A stretch of DNA of 64,000 bases from Candidatus Woesearchaeota archaeon (lineage in GTDB: Archaea; Nanobdellota; Nanobdellia; Woesearchaeales; UBA583): NCBI GenBank assembly GCA_023898345.1, contig CP060218.1:767777-831776 (forward strand), read 5' to 3'. This document shows, piece after piece, positions 1-9,829 of this stretch (the stretch's first letter is position 1; every line of letters begins with the position of its first letter). The notes under the pieces are model-generated. The model was given only the letters and a program-made list of their open reading frames with translations. It was not told the DNA's origin and searched no databases. Made by a program: the position numbers and the translations under genes.

Positions 1-905
1 CTAAAAATTTAATCGAATTATTAAAAATAGATTTAATTCGAAATTATGAAACTAGAGAGGAAAATAGTAATTTATTAAAAGGAAAACTATTAATGTCAAA
101 ACATTTAAGATATAATTTATTTAATAAAGCTAAATTCTATTCTCAGTTTGATGAGTTCACAGAAGATAATTCACTTAACAAAACATTTAAGTTAACTATT
201 GACAAATTACTCAAATTTACTCAAAATTCAAAAAATTTTAAATTACTAACAGAATGTAATTTAATCCTTCAAGATGTTACATTAAATAAGCTTTCAATTA
301 ATGATGTTGAAAAAGTTAAATTTACAAGATTAAATAAACAATATGAGAATATATTCAACTTAGCAAAATTATTATTATTTGAAAATTCCATAGATTTAAA
401 TTCTAAAGACACTAAAACATATTCATTAATGTTTGATATGAATAAATTATTTGAGGAATTTATTTTTGAATTTATAAGAAGAAATTTTCAATTTAGATTT
501 GAAAATATTCAATCAGAAAAACCTCAAAAATATTTATTTATAGATTCGCCTAAATTTATTTTAAAACCAGATATAACTATTAATTGTAATAAAGATAATT
601 GTGAATTAATAATTGATACTAAATACAAAAAAGTTAATGATATAAAATCTGACAAATATGGAGTTTCAAGAGAAGATGTCTATCAAATGTTTGTTTATTC
701 AAAAGTATATAACTGTAAAAATATAATCTTATTATATCCTAAATATGAAAAAGAGATAGAAAACGTAGTGTTTGAATCAGAATTTAATTTCAAACTTCAT
801 ATTAAAACTGTAGATTTACATATAGATTTAATAAAAGACAAAGAGAAATTAAAAAGAGAATTAAATACACTATTAAACATAATCCAAAATGACATTAAAC
901 AATAA
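1..905 (+). CDS. PD-(D/E)xK nuclease, McrC-like C-terminal region (5' partial; frame open to window start)
   Basis: ORF 93..905 has no in-frame stop upstream to position 3; motif PDITIN...ELIIDTKYK resembles the PD-(D/E)xK core of McrC-type subunits; 17-nt overlap with the downstream helicase gene. Confidence 0.4.
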   Translation, partial: KNLIELLKIDLIRNYETREENSNLLKGKLLMSKHLRYNLFNKAKFYSQFDEFTEDNSLNKTFKLTIDKLLKFTQNSKNFKLLTECNLILQDVTLNKLSINDVEKVKFTRLNKQYENIFNLAKLLLFENSIDLNSKDTKTYSLMFDMNKLFEEFIFEFIRRNFQFRFENIQSEKPQKYLFIDSPKFILKPDITINCNKDNCELIIDTKYKKVNDIKSDKYGVSREDVYQMFVYSKVYNCKNIILLYPKYEKEIENVVFESEFNFKLHIKTVDLHIDLIKDKEKLKRELNTLLNIIQNDIKQ

Positions 906-3900
906 CCAAAAAAAAGCAGTTGAAAAGATAAAAGGACCAACTATAGTTCTAGCTGGAGCAGGTACAGGTAAAACTTACACAATAGTAGAAAAAGTAAAGC
1001 ATCTTGTTGAATCAGGTGAATATAAACCTGAAGAAATTTTATGCCTAACCTTTTCAAATGAAGCTGCAAACTCTTTAAAAAATAAAATACAAGAAGGGTT
1101 GAAATCTTTTAAAGTGCCAACTGTTAGAACTTTTCATGGTTTTTGTTTAGATATTCTAAAAGAAGATTCAAACTTACTAAACATAGACAACGGTTTTGAT
1201 ATTCTTCTACCTGATGATGCTAAAGTATTAATGCACAGAGAATTAAACATCTCACCTTATTGGTCTAATAGATATGTATCAACTATATCAAATGCTAAAG
1301 ATTTTGGAATAGAAAAAGTAAAGATAGAAGAATACTTCTTAAAAATAAAGGAACACTTAGCACAAAACTATGATATAAACAATATCGACGAAATAGCAAA
1401 AGAGAAAGAGTTCGACCTAAATACAATTCATCTAGAACCAAATACTAAAGAGATAAGAGCATACAAAAAAGAGATCAAAGAGTTCTTAGAGTTATACAAA
1501 GAGTACGAATCATTTAAAGAGTTTCTTCAAGTCTGGGATGATTTTGAACAATTAAAAAAAGATAAAAACTTTTTAGACTATGGAGATCTAAATCATTTTG
1601 TTTTACATTTATTTAGAAAATTTGGAGCAGATAAGTATACAGATAGATATAAACATGTAATTATAGATGAATTTCAAGATACAAATAAAGTCCAATTTGA
1701 ATTAATAGAACATATTGCAATAGATCACAAAAACATAACAGTAGTAGGAGATCCAAATCAGAGTATTTATGGATTTAGAGGTTCATATAAAGAGAGCTTT
1801 AATCATTTCATGAAAACTTACAATGCAACTGAAAAAGATGAAGTTAAATTAGAAGAGTCCCACAGGTCTACAAATAGAATATTAAATATTGCTCATGATT
1901 TAATTAAAAATAATTATGAGAATCAAGAAGAATGTTTTAAGACATTTAATGCAGAAAAACACGAAGGAAAAAAAGTTAAAATAATTGAGTCTGTTAATAT
2001 GGCAGAAGAAGCAAGAGTAATTGCTGACATAGTTGAAGAAAAATTAAAACAAGGAACTATTGCAAAAGATATATGTATTTTATTTAGAACTCACCGGCAA
2101 GGAGATTACCTAAAAGAGTATTTAAGTTCAAGAAATATTCCTCTAGCTCAAGCAGGAAAGACTAATCTTCTAAACAAAAGAGAGATTAAAACTACTATTT
2201 GCTATCTCTCAATGTTAAACAATCTAGTAACAAGAACTGCAACAGGAGAGCAAGGTTTATGGTCTTTATTTCATTATAAAAACTTTCTTTCAATGGAAGA
2301 CTCATTAAAAATAGGAAGATATCTTAAGAAGAACAAAGACAAATCTATTGATGAAATATTAATGTTTGCAATTAAAGAGTTAGACTTAACTCAAAGTTCA
2401 ATTAAGATAATTAAAAATATTTTAAGTAAGATAAGAGAACTTCACAAGAGATCAAACTTGCCTCTTGAAGAGTTAGTTTTAGAGATATATGAAATTACAG
2501 GATTAAATAGAGCTTTCTCATATCAAAGAACTAATGAGAATGTTGAAGCTTTAATGAATCTTAAGAAATTTTATGATATTGCAAAATCTTTTAGAGAGTT
2601 TCATGGAGATAACTTAAACAACTTTATAGATTATTTAGAAGTATTAAGAGAACTAGGAGTATCAATTGATGCAAGTGAAATTAAAAATGATAATGCTGTA
2701 AGATTTATGACTATTCATGCATCAAAAGGTTTAGAGTTTGAGACTGTAATCGTCTCAAATTTAGCTGAGAAAAGATTTCCAGTATCAAGAACTCAAAATG
2801 AACCTCTAATTCCAAAAGAGTTACTTCCAGACTTAAAACTTTATTTAGAAAAAAAAGGAGAATTAACAGATAAAGAGAAAGAAGATGTAATTAAGAATTA
2901 CGAAAAAGAGATGCTTTTAATTGAGGAAAGAAGGCTCGCTTATGTTGCATTTACAAGAGCAAAAAATGAATTAATATTAACATTTGCAAGAAGTTATGAT
3001 AAAAATCCTGATTCAAATGAAGAGTCTATATTTTTACAAGAGATAGGTTATGATAATTGGAACTCATCTGAAGAGAAAATAGAAAATGAAAATTTAGAAT
3101 ATATTAAAGATGAACAAGAATTAAATACTTCAGTTGCACCAACTTCTCCAAAAGATAAATTATTAGATATTTTAAAGAAACAGATAGTTGAGAGTTTAGA
3201 TAGTGATGATATTAATACTATATTAGATAATATTTCGCAATATAGGACAGTTAAAGAAGAAAAAATAGTTAATCTAAACAAGATGTCAGAAAAAGATTTA
3301 AATAATCTAATTGAGAAGGCTAAGACTAATTTCTCTGGATTAAAATTTGACAAATCTATGATAACACTATCACCATCTGCTTTAATAGATTATAGCGAAT
3401 GTCCAAAAAAATTTGAATTATCAAGAATACTACAAATGCCTCAAAAAAATCAATTTTCTGATGATACTGATGCAGCATCTATTGGTTCATTTGTTCATCA
3501 AGTATTAGAAGATGGAGTAAATAATAAATTCAAATCTGAAAAAGAGTTCTTAGAACACTCTAAAGAGCTAATGAAAAAAGAAGAGTATGAAGGAATGCCT
3601 CAAGATGAAGTTGAGACAATGATTAAAGTATTCTGGCTCAGAAACAAAAATAAATACAATGATAAGTCGCAAACAGAGATTGGTCTATCTATGGAACTTG
3701 ATGGCTTTAAATACTTTGGACTAGCAGATAGAGTAGATGAATTAGAAGATGGAACACTTGAAATTGTAGATTACAAATCTAATAAATCAGCAGTTGATAC
3801 TAAAAAAAGAAATTATCAATTAGGTTACTATGCAATTGCATGTAGAGAATCTATGAAAAGAGAACCATCTAAATTAACTCTTGAAATGTTAAAGTTAGAT

Positions 3901-4113
3901 AAACCTTTAGAAATGTTTGTTGAAGGAAATATTGTAAAAGGTCCAGATGGTAGAACAAAGCCATTTAATCTTGATGAACTAAAAGAAGAATTTAAAATGT
4001 TAGCAAATAAAATTGCAAAAGATTTTGAAAGCGAGTTTAAAGTGAGTGATAATGAGAATGCCTGTAGGTTTTGCGGACTTAAATTTTATTGTCCAAAATA
4101 TAGTGAGGATTGA
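889..4113 (+). CDS. SF1 UvrD/Rep-type helicase fused to C-terminal RecB/Cas4-like PD-(D/E)xK nuclease with Cys cluster
   Basis: Walker A LAGAGTGKT, Walker B VIIDEFQD, C-terminal EIVDYKSNK, QLGYYAIAC and CRFCGLKFYCPKY motifs in the 1074-aa translation. Confidence 0.75.
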   Translation: MTLNNNQKKAVEKIKGPTIVLAGAGTGKTYTIVEKVKHLVESGEYKPEEILCLTFSNEAANSLKNKIQEGLKSFKVPTVRTFHGFCLDILKEDSNLLNIDNGFDILLPDDAKVLMHRELNISPYWSNRYVSTISNAKDFGIEKVKIEEYFLKIKEHLAQNYDINNIDEIAKEKEFDLNTIHLEPNTKEIRAYKKEIKEFLELYKEYESFKEFLQVWDDFEQLKKDKNFLDYGDLNHFVLHLFRKFGADKYTDRYKHVIIDEFQDTNKVQFELIEHIAIDHKNITVVGDPNQSIYGFRGSYKESFNHFMKTYNATEKDEVKLEESHRSTNRILNIAHDLIKNNYENQEECFKTFNAEKHEGKKVKIIESVNMAEEARVIADIVEEKLKQGTIAKDICILFRTHRQGDYLKEYLSSRNIPLAQAGKTNLLNKREIKTTICYLSMLNNLVTRTATGEQGLWSLFHYKNFLSMEDSLKIGRYLKKNKDKSIDEILMFAIKELDLTQSSIKIIKNILSKIRELHKRSNLPLEELVLEIYEITGLNRAFSYQRTNENVEALMNLKKFYDIAKSFREFHGDNLNNFIDYLEVLRELGVSIDASEIKNDNAVRFMTIHASKGLEFETVIVSNLAEKRFPVSRTQNEPLIPKELLPDLKLYLEKKGELTDKEKEDVIKNYEKEMLLIEERRLAYVAFTRAKNELILTFARSYDKNPDSNEESIFLQEIGYDNWNSSEEKIENENLEYIKDEQELNTSVAPTSPKDKLLDILKKQIVESLDSDDINTILDNISQYRTVKEEKIVNLNKMSEKDLNNLIEKAKTNFSGLKFDKSMITLSPSALIDYSECPKKFELSRILQMPQKNQFSDDTDAASIGSFVHQVLEDGVNNKFKSEKEFLEHSKELMKKEEYEGMPQDEVETMIKVFWLRNKNKYNDKSQTEIGLSMELDGFKYFGLADRVDELEDGTLEIVDYKSNKSAVDTKKRNYQLGYYAIACRESMKREPSKLTLEMLKLDKPLEMFVEGNIVKGPDGRTKPFNLDELKEEFKMLANKIAKDFESEFKVSDNENACRFCGLKFYCPKYSED

Positions 4114-4114
4114 A

Positions 4115-4519
4115 ATGGCATTTAAAGAAGAATTACATTTTATTTTTTTGGGAATCTCAACAATATTAACATCATTTTTATTAGATTATTTATTTAATTA
4201 TGCTGAGATTTATTCGAAAATAAATTCAATTATTGCATTAGTATTATTTGGTTTGTTCTTAATTTTTATGACTAAACTAGTTTTGTTTCCAATAACAGCT
4301 TATTTTAATAAATTATTTTTACCTAAAGGATATAAATCAAGAAAATATCTTGATATTAATAATGATTTTAATCTACCAAGCACATCTATTATTACAATAT
4401 TTATTATAGATAATGTTTCAAGTTTATATTCATTAGATTATATTTATTTAGTTATTTTAGTTATTCCTATATTTTTAATAATTCATTATCTAAATGAAAA
4501 TTTCGAGATATATAGTTAA
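4115..4519 (+). CDS. Small integral membrane protein, hypothetical
   Basis: ATG at 4115 directly after helicase stop; multiple hydrophobic helices in translation. Confidence 0.4.
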   Translation: MAFKEELHFIFLGISTILTSFLLDYLFNYAEIYSKINSIIALVLFGLFLIFMTKLVLFPITAYFNKLFLPKGYKSRKYLDINNDFNLPSTSIITIFIIDNVSSLYSLDYIYLVILVIPIFLIIHYLNENFEIYS

Positions 4520-4578
4520 TCATGTTCATATTGATAAATGAACTCTAAAAAAATTATAGATGGTATGTAAAATAAAAT

Positions 4579-4761
4579 TCAAAACTCCAACAAATAAAAA
4601 CCTAAAGCACTTTTACCAATAATTGTGCATTCTAAAAATTTCTTTTTTAGTAAGTTTGGATTTATTCCCTTAGCAGAAACTCTAAAAGTCTCATATTTGT
4701 CATTTAAGAGGAATTTTCCTCTCTTCTCAGATTCAAATTCCATATATTTTGTCGTTTTCAT
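4579..4761 (-). CDS. Hypothetical small protein (60 aa)
   Basis: ORF only; position between membrane protein and integrase. Confidence 0.2.
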   Translation of the reverse strand: MKTTKYMEFESEKRGKFLLNDKYETFRVSAKGINPNLLKKKFLECTIIGKSALGFYLLEF

Positions 4762-4897
4762 AATATTCTAAAATTTGGTTATTTTTAACACTTTGCAAAG
4801 ACTATTAACTTCAATTTAAGCGATTTACACTCAAAATAATGAGAGAAATATTTCAAAACAAGTCTTAGTCTTAAAATGTCAAAAAAGTCTTCAAATA

Positions 4898-5809
4898 TCA
4901 ATGTCTAATCACCTCCAACACTTTTTCATATTCTTTTACTGCAATCTCTTTTTTATTTAAATAATGAGTCATCCCAACATTTTTTGAAGTTGACCTTCCA
5001 GATATGAAGTTTGCTATTTCAATTGCAACTCCTGCTTTAACCATTAAAGTAAATGAATACTTTCTTAGATACTTTAAATGAACTATTTTCTTATTATCTT
5101 GGGTATGATCTACAAATCTATTGAAGTATGTTTTATCAAATTTACCAATATGTTCTTTTAATTCATTATATAATTCTAATGTAAAGAATAGATAATAAGA
5201 TGATTTCTGACCTCTTAAATAGAAATTATTGTAAGTAACTATGCCGTTTTCATGTATTTCTATGTTCTTTTCATCAAAATTTTCAAAGAAATGTTTAACT
5301 TCTGTTGTCCTAGCTGTTGTTTCAATATAGAATCTATATAATAAATAATGTAATCTATCATATTTAGATACTTCTTTTACAGAGTTTTTAATCTCCAAAC
5401 ATGTAGGAATATAAGTATCAATATGAACTTCATTGTGAATTTTAATTCTTCTTCGGATGTTTTCAATTATATCTAAGTCTAATATATCAAACTCTTCTAA
5501 GTAATTCAGCCATACTCTAATTGCAACTCCTCCTTGTCTTTTGTTAATTTTTTCAAGAGCAATAGCATTTTTAATCTCTTCAATGGTATTAACACTAATC
5601 TCTTCAAACAATTTAGTTAGACAATTAAAAACAGATACTGCGTAAGTTCTTGTGAACTTTTTTAAAGTATATACTTTATATTCATTTTTTGTCTTAAAGT
5701 ATATACTTTTTAATTCTATAAAATTTTGATTTTTTGGCGTAAAATTTTCTAAATTTTGAGAAATTTGCTGTTGATTAGAAATTTGTGAGGAGGCGTATTT
5801 GCCCCCTAG
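4898..5809 (-). CDS. Tyrosine recombinase / integrase (N-terminus uncertain)
   Basis: C-terminal HLKYLRKYSFT...GRS...GMTHY resembles the H-x-x-R ... Y catalytic region of tyrosine recombinases; track ORF runs on to 5980 through the tRNA, which is unlikely to be coding; no in-frame ATG after the tRNA, first TTG is much further in. Confidence 0.55.
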   Translation of the reverse strand, partial: LGGKYASSQISNQQQISQNLENFTPKNQNFIELKSIYFKTKNEYKVYTLKKFTRTYAVSVFNCLTKLFEEISVNTIEEIKNAIALEKINKRQGGVAIRVWLNYLEEFDILDLDIIENIRRRIKIHNEVHIDTYIPTCLEIKNSVKEVSKYDRLHYLLYRFYIETTARTTEVKHFFENFDEKNIEIHENGIVTYNNFYLRGQKSSYYLFFTLELYNELKEHIGKFDKTYFNRFVDHTQDNKKIVHLKYLRKYSFTLMVKAGVAIEIANFISGRSTSKNVGMTHYLNKKEIAVKEYEKVLEVIRH

Positions 5810-5812
5810 AGA

Positions 5813-5894
5813 CGCCAAGACTGGGATTTGAACCCAGAATTCCGAAGGAACTACATTAGCAGTGTAGCGCAATACCGAGTTATGCGATCTTGGC
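5813..5894 (-). tRNA. tRNA-Ser (anticodon GCU)
   Basis: Manual fold of minus strand: acceptor GCCAAGA/TCTTGGC, anticodon stem CTACA/TGTAG, loop CTGCTAA, long variable arm TTCC..GGAA, T-arm CTGGG-TTCAAAT-CCCAG, discriminator G. Confidence 0.8.
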
Positions 5895-5923
5895 ATTAGG
5901 TCTCTTTTTTTAGTCGCCGCCGG

Positions 5924-5958
5924 ATTAGCAGTGCTGCGCAATACCGAGTTATGCGACC
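5924..5958 (-). repeat. Partial duplicate of tRNA-Ser 5' half (32/35 identical to 5855-5889)
   Basis: Direct repeat attagcagtg(ct/ta)gcgcaataccgagttatgcga(c/t)c about 30 bp 5' of the tRNA on the same strand. Confidence 0.6.
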
Positions 5959-6041
5959 TCAGCTCGATGAAGATAAACAAGTAAACTTGCTATCAAAAAG
6001 TGATAAGCCAAATCTCTTTTAAAAGATTTTGCTTCTTCCCT

Positions 6042-7946
6042 TTAAGGGAAGGACCCTCCTGCTTTGTACTTTGGAGTTCTTTGAGGGGACGTGAGACGCA
6101 GATCTTCACTCATAGCAGCCCCTTCACGCACTGTCCCTTCCATTTTTTTTGTTTCTATTAGCTCTTTTACACTTTTTTGATCTCCCGTGAAATGGGGATT
6201 ATTAAGCATTTCTAGAAAAAGAAACTCCCAACAAAGCATATTATGAAGTGTGAAATACTCTTTATTGAGCAGTTGTTTTGCGTTTGTTGAAATTTTTTTA
6301 TACAATTTCTCGTCCTTAAGGAGCTCGTACATTCGTTGTGCAACCAGCTCACAGTTGCCTGTTCCTACAATAAAACCTGTTTCCCCATCTTTTACTTGTA
6401 AAGGAAGTCCGCCACTTGCAGACACTACAACTGGTACTCCCTTTGCCAAACTTTCTGTAACTTTAACTTCAAATCCTTCCTTATGAGATAATTGCAATGC
6501 TAGTTTTGCTCCTCGAAGAAGAGTATTAAGAATTCTGTCTGATGGCGGAAGAAGAGAGACTTTGACGTCTTTTTGGAAGGCTTTGTATTTTGTGGAAAGG
6601 AGTGTTTTTGTTTCTGTATAAATTCTCTCTCTGTCGGGATCGTCAATTGAACTGTGCCCTGCAATAACAAGTTGAGGAATAGAACATTTCTCTTTCTTTA
6701 ATTTTTTCCTTAGAAGGGCATAACTTTTAAGAAGATCTGGAATTCCTTTTGAAGGATCAAATCGAGCAACCTGAATAAGATACTCTCTTGTCGTATCTAG
6801 TTCTTCTTCTGCATGTTCTCGCTGTAATTTGTTAAATACACTATAATAATAAGCCATTTGTTCAGAACTAAGGTCTTTGTTCAGCCCATCGTAAGGATCT
6901 GTTGTTGCTGGCATCAGAACTGTTTTGCTTTTTGCAACGTTTGAAGGAATAAATTCAAGCATAGGATGACTAATATAAAGATCGGCTAGTTCAAGGTTTG
7001 AGGAGATAAAATGCCAAGTTTTGTACTGTGGTGAGTTCTCTTTTGTTGCAAGAGTGCTTTCGATTTGAATGTGGGAGCGATAAATCACTTTGCATGTGGG
7101 ATTGATCCCCTTTATCCATGGAATGAGTCCACTTGGTTGTGGATCATCAATAACTACAATGTCTGCCTGATGAATGAGTGGCCCGAACATTTGAGCATTG
7201 TCTTCACTCCACTTCCTGAATTTGCTTATCTCTTCTAAAGTTAATTCGACATTTTTTGGCGCCACATTTTGAAGAATATTGTGAAACTTCTTCTTTGTAA
7301 TTTCAAAAATTTCTTGGTCTGCTTTCTTTGTATGCCAACTAGCATTGATCCCGAACATACGCATTGTTCTGATGAGAGCATGACGCATTAAAGCTACTCC
7401 GCCACCCCGAGGGGTTGAATTAATGAAGACAATCTTCTTTCCTTTGAGAGCCTGAGCATAGCGTTTAACATCTTCAAGTGTTCCTTTATTCTCGTGTTCT
7501 TCCACATATCTTTTATCGACAAGATCTGTTACTTCAACTTCATTATATTTGCCAAGGCGGACAATAATATGGTCGAATTCATCAAATCGCTGCATAAGCT
7601 GCTTTGCTAATTCTTGCGACAGAAGGGAACACTGAGAGATTACCTCTTTTCTTTTTGTTATAAAGGGAATAATATCAAGTTCAAGCCAAATTTTTGTCGC
7701 TAGTTTTTCAAATTTCTTTTTATTCCCTTCAATTTCTAGAGCAACACAGCGAAATTTATTTTTTTTCAAATAACTCTCAATCCAGTCAAAAATGACCTCC
7801 TCAACATTCTTCTTCCCAAAACTTACTTCTTCATTTGCTGCAGGGATTTGTCGTGAAAGAATAGAACAGTATATTTTCGTTTTGTTCACTGCAACTCCGA
7901 TATAGACAGAGGGTTTTGGCTCAGTATGTTCTTTTTGTCCTGCCAT
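6042..7946 (-). CDS. Glycosyltransferase, GT4-like (trehalose synthase/phosphorylase-like)
   Basis: NSTPRGGGVA motif and C-terminal EGFEVKVTESLAKGVPVV region typical of retaining GT-B glycosyltransferases. Confidence 0.5.
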   Translation of the reverse strand: MAGQKEHTEPKPSVYIGVAVNKTKIYCSILSRQIPAANEEVSFGKKNVEEVIFDWIESYLKKNKFRCVALEIEGNKKKFEKLATKIWLELDIIPFITKRKEVISQCSLLSQELAKQLMQRFDEFDHIIVRLGKYNEVEVTDLVDKRYVEEHENKGTLEDVKRYAQALKGKKIVFINSTPRGGGVALMRHALIRTMRMFGINASWHTKKADQEIFEITKKKFHNILQNVAPKNVELTLEEISKFRKWSEDNAQMFGPLIHQADIVVIDDPQPSGLIPWIKGINPTCKVIYRSHIQIESTLATKENSPQYKTWHFISSNLELADLYISHPMLEFIPSNVAKSKTVLMPATTDPYDGLNKDLSSEQMAYYYSVFNKLQREHAEEELDTTREYLIQVARFDPSKGIPDLLKSYALLRKKLKKEKCSIPQLVIAGHSSIDDPDRERIYTETKTLLSTKYKAFQKDVKVSLLPPSDRILNTLLRGAKLALQLSHKEGFEVKVTESLAKGVPVVVSASGGLPLQVKDGETGFIVGTGNCELVAQRMYELLKDEKLYKKISTNAKQLLNKEYFTLHNMLCWEFLFLEMLNNPHFTGDQKSVKELIETKKMEGTVREGAAMSEDLRLTSPQRTPKYKAGGSFP

Positions 7947-8111
7947 TTTTTATCTTAAAGTTACTTGAGTTAATTTTTTTTTTAAATGTTCTTTTTAACC
8001 AAGGGAAAGAAAAATCTCTCCGAATTTTGAAAAACCTCTATAATTCTCAAAGAGTTTTTAGAAACCACACTATCAAAAAAATACTTAAAAGCAATAAAAA
8101 ACACTTTTGAC

Positions 8112-8765
8112 ATGAAGCACGAAGACATCATTGAGAAAACAGTAGAGTTTGTAAAAAGAGAACTCGACGGAGCAGAAGCAGCACACGACTGGTGGCATAT
8201 TTACAGAGTCTGGAACTTGGCAAAACACATAAACAAGACAGAGAGTGCTGATGTCCTAACAGTTGAACTGGGTGCATTACTTCACGACATTGCTGATGCG
8301 AAGTTTCATGAGGGAAATGAAGATATTGGGCCACTCAAAGCAAGAGAATTTCTCAGTTCATTAGAGATTGATGGAAAAATTATTGAGCATATTGAAAACA
8401 TTATTAAGAACATATCTTATCGAAAAAGCCTCGAGGGACAAGACTTCAAATCTTTAGAGCTTGATATTGTACAAGATGCCGACAGACTTGATGCCATAGG
8501 AGCAATGGGTATTGCACGAACATTTACTTACGGAGGAAGCAAAGGCCGCGAATTGTACAACCCAAACATAAAACCGAATCTTTCTATGACAAAAGACGAG
8601 TACAAAAAAAGTACGGCGCCATCACTCAATCATTTCTACGAAAAGCTTCTTTTACTCAAAGACAAGATGAACACAAAAACAGGAAAAAAGATGGCAGAGC
8701 ACAGACACAAAATAATGGAAGAATTTCTTACAGAATTTTACAAAGAATGGGAGGGGGAAGTTTGA
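8112..8765 (+). CDS. HD-domain phosphohydrolase
   Basis: H..WWHIYRV, LLHDIAD and DADRLDAIG motifs. Confidence 0.7.
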   Translation: MKHEDIIEKTVEFVKRELDGAEAAHDWWHIYRVWNLAKHINKTESADVLTVELGALLHDIADAKFHEGNEDIGPLKAREFLSSLEIDGKIIEHIENIIKNISYRKSLEGQDFKSLELDIVQDADRLDAIGAMGIARTFTYGGSKGRELYNPNIKPNLSMTKDEYKKSTAPSLNHFYEKLLLLKDKMNTKTGKKMAEHRHKIMEEFLTEFYKEWEGEV

Positions 8766-8773
8766 GGTGTTCT

Positions 8774-9829
8774 TTATTTCACTTCAATAATCTCACTGCA
8801 CAGCGCCGCCAAATCTTTGTCCACGTGTTGCCCCGTCATAATACATTCATCCTTTACTTTGGCTAAAACAGAGTTCACATTCTTTTTATCTAAAAGTTTT
8901 CGTTCGAGAGCATCTAGTAGTTCATCTGCAACAACGGGAGTACGTTTTCGAAGAGCTGTCTCCAAAAGTTGCATTGCTGCTTTTGCCTCTCGGATGTCCT
9001 GCTCACTCGTCCCTTCTCTGTACGCACCCCGCATTCTGTCGTAACGCGAAGATCCTGTAACTGCAAAATCGAAATTTCCATAAAGAGCATTTTCACTGGA
9101 CCAACGTTTTAAGGCTATGAAAAAGTCACGTTCTGGATACAAGGGGTCTGCTTTGTCGAAGTAGATTAACTTTGGACTTTTCTTTTCAATAAATGATAAG
9201 ATTAGTCGACCAAAGGCATATGATGATTTTCCTCTCCCATTTCCTATAATCGCACTTAAAGACTGTTGTTTGAAAGGGTTCCCTTGCTTTTTGTACACAA
9301 TCTCACTTGTAAGTTGAAACTCTGAACTTAAGATATCCTGCTCCTTTTCATTAGAAGAAAGAAATACGAATTCTGTTCTTGGACTACGTCTACGAAGAAA
9401 AGCTAGGAGCGGAATCTTCTTTATAGTCTGAAGGGAGCAATGGTCAAAAATTACTAATTCGTATGTATCAAGCTGCCGCCAGAAAAAAGAAACATCTAAG
9501 TTTGAAAACTCAACCTGTGGAATAATACTTTGTGAAAGTTTAGTTTCATCAAGAAAGGTGTACAAATCAATACGCATTCTCGGTAAAGAATGAACAAATT
9601 TTTGGTTCAAAGAAATATTTTCTAGAAACTGGTGTAATTTTCTTGCATTTTTCTTTTCAGAAACAAAGGCCGTCCTCAAACCTAAACTCGCTCCCTCAAG
9701 AAGAAGACCAACGCTTAAGGGAGAAAGCTCAGAACTTGTCCTGTCCTGAAAATACCTTGATTTTGCTAGACTTCTTTCAATCATACAAGGCCTTTTTTGT
9801 AGGGCTATATAAAAATATGCGTGTGTCAA
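8774..9829 (-). CDS. Hypothetical protein with CobA/CobO-like P-loop segment
   Basis: IIGNGRGKSSYAFG resembles the GNGKGKTTAAFG loop of corrinoid adenosyltransferase-like proteins; weak. Confidence 0.3.
   Translation of the reverse strand: MTHAYFYIALQKRPCMIERSLAKSRYFQDRTSSELSPLSVGLLLEGASLGLRTAFVSEKKNARKLHQFLENISLNQKFVHSLPRMRIDLYTFLDETKLSQSIIPQVEFSNLDVSFFWRQLDTYELVIFDHCSLQTIKKIPLLAFLRRRSPRTEFVFLSSNEKEQDILSSEFQLTSEIVYKKQGNPFKQQSLSAIIGNGRGKSSYAFGRLILSFIEKKSPKLIYFDKADPLYPERDFFIALKRWSSENALYGNFDFAVTGSSRYDRMRGAYREGTSEQDIREAKAAMQLLETALRKRTPVVADELLDALERKLLDKKNVNSVLAKVKDECIMTGQHVDKDLAALCSEIIEVK

Larger units (their letters stand above)
1..5894. mobile_element. Putative integrated element bounded on the right by tRNA-Ser; left end outside window
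   Basis: Tyrosine integrase immediately 3' of tRNA-Ser on the same strand, partial tRNA duplicate nearby, nuclease/helicase cargo; boundaries not demonstrated. Confidence 0.3.

Noticed and set aside
5813-5980. N-terminal 56 codons of the integrase ORF as called by the track
   Set aside because: This stretch is the tRNA-Ser gene and its partial duplicate read in a protein frame.
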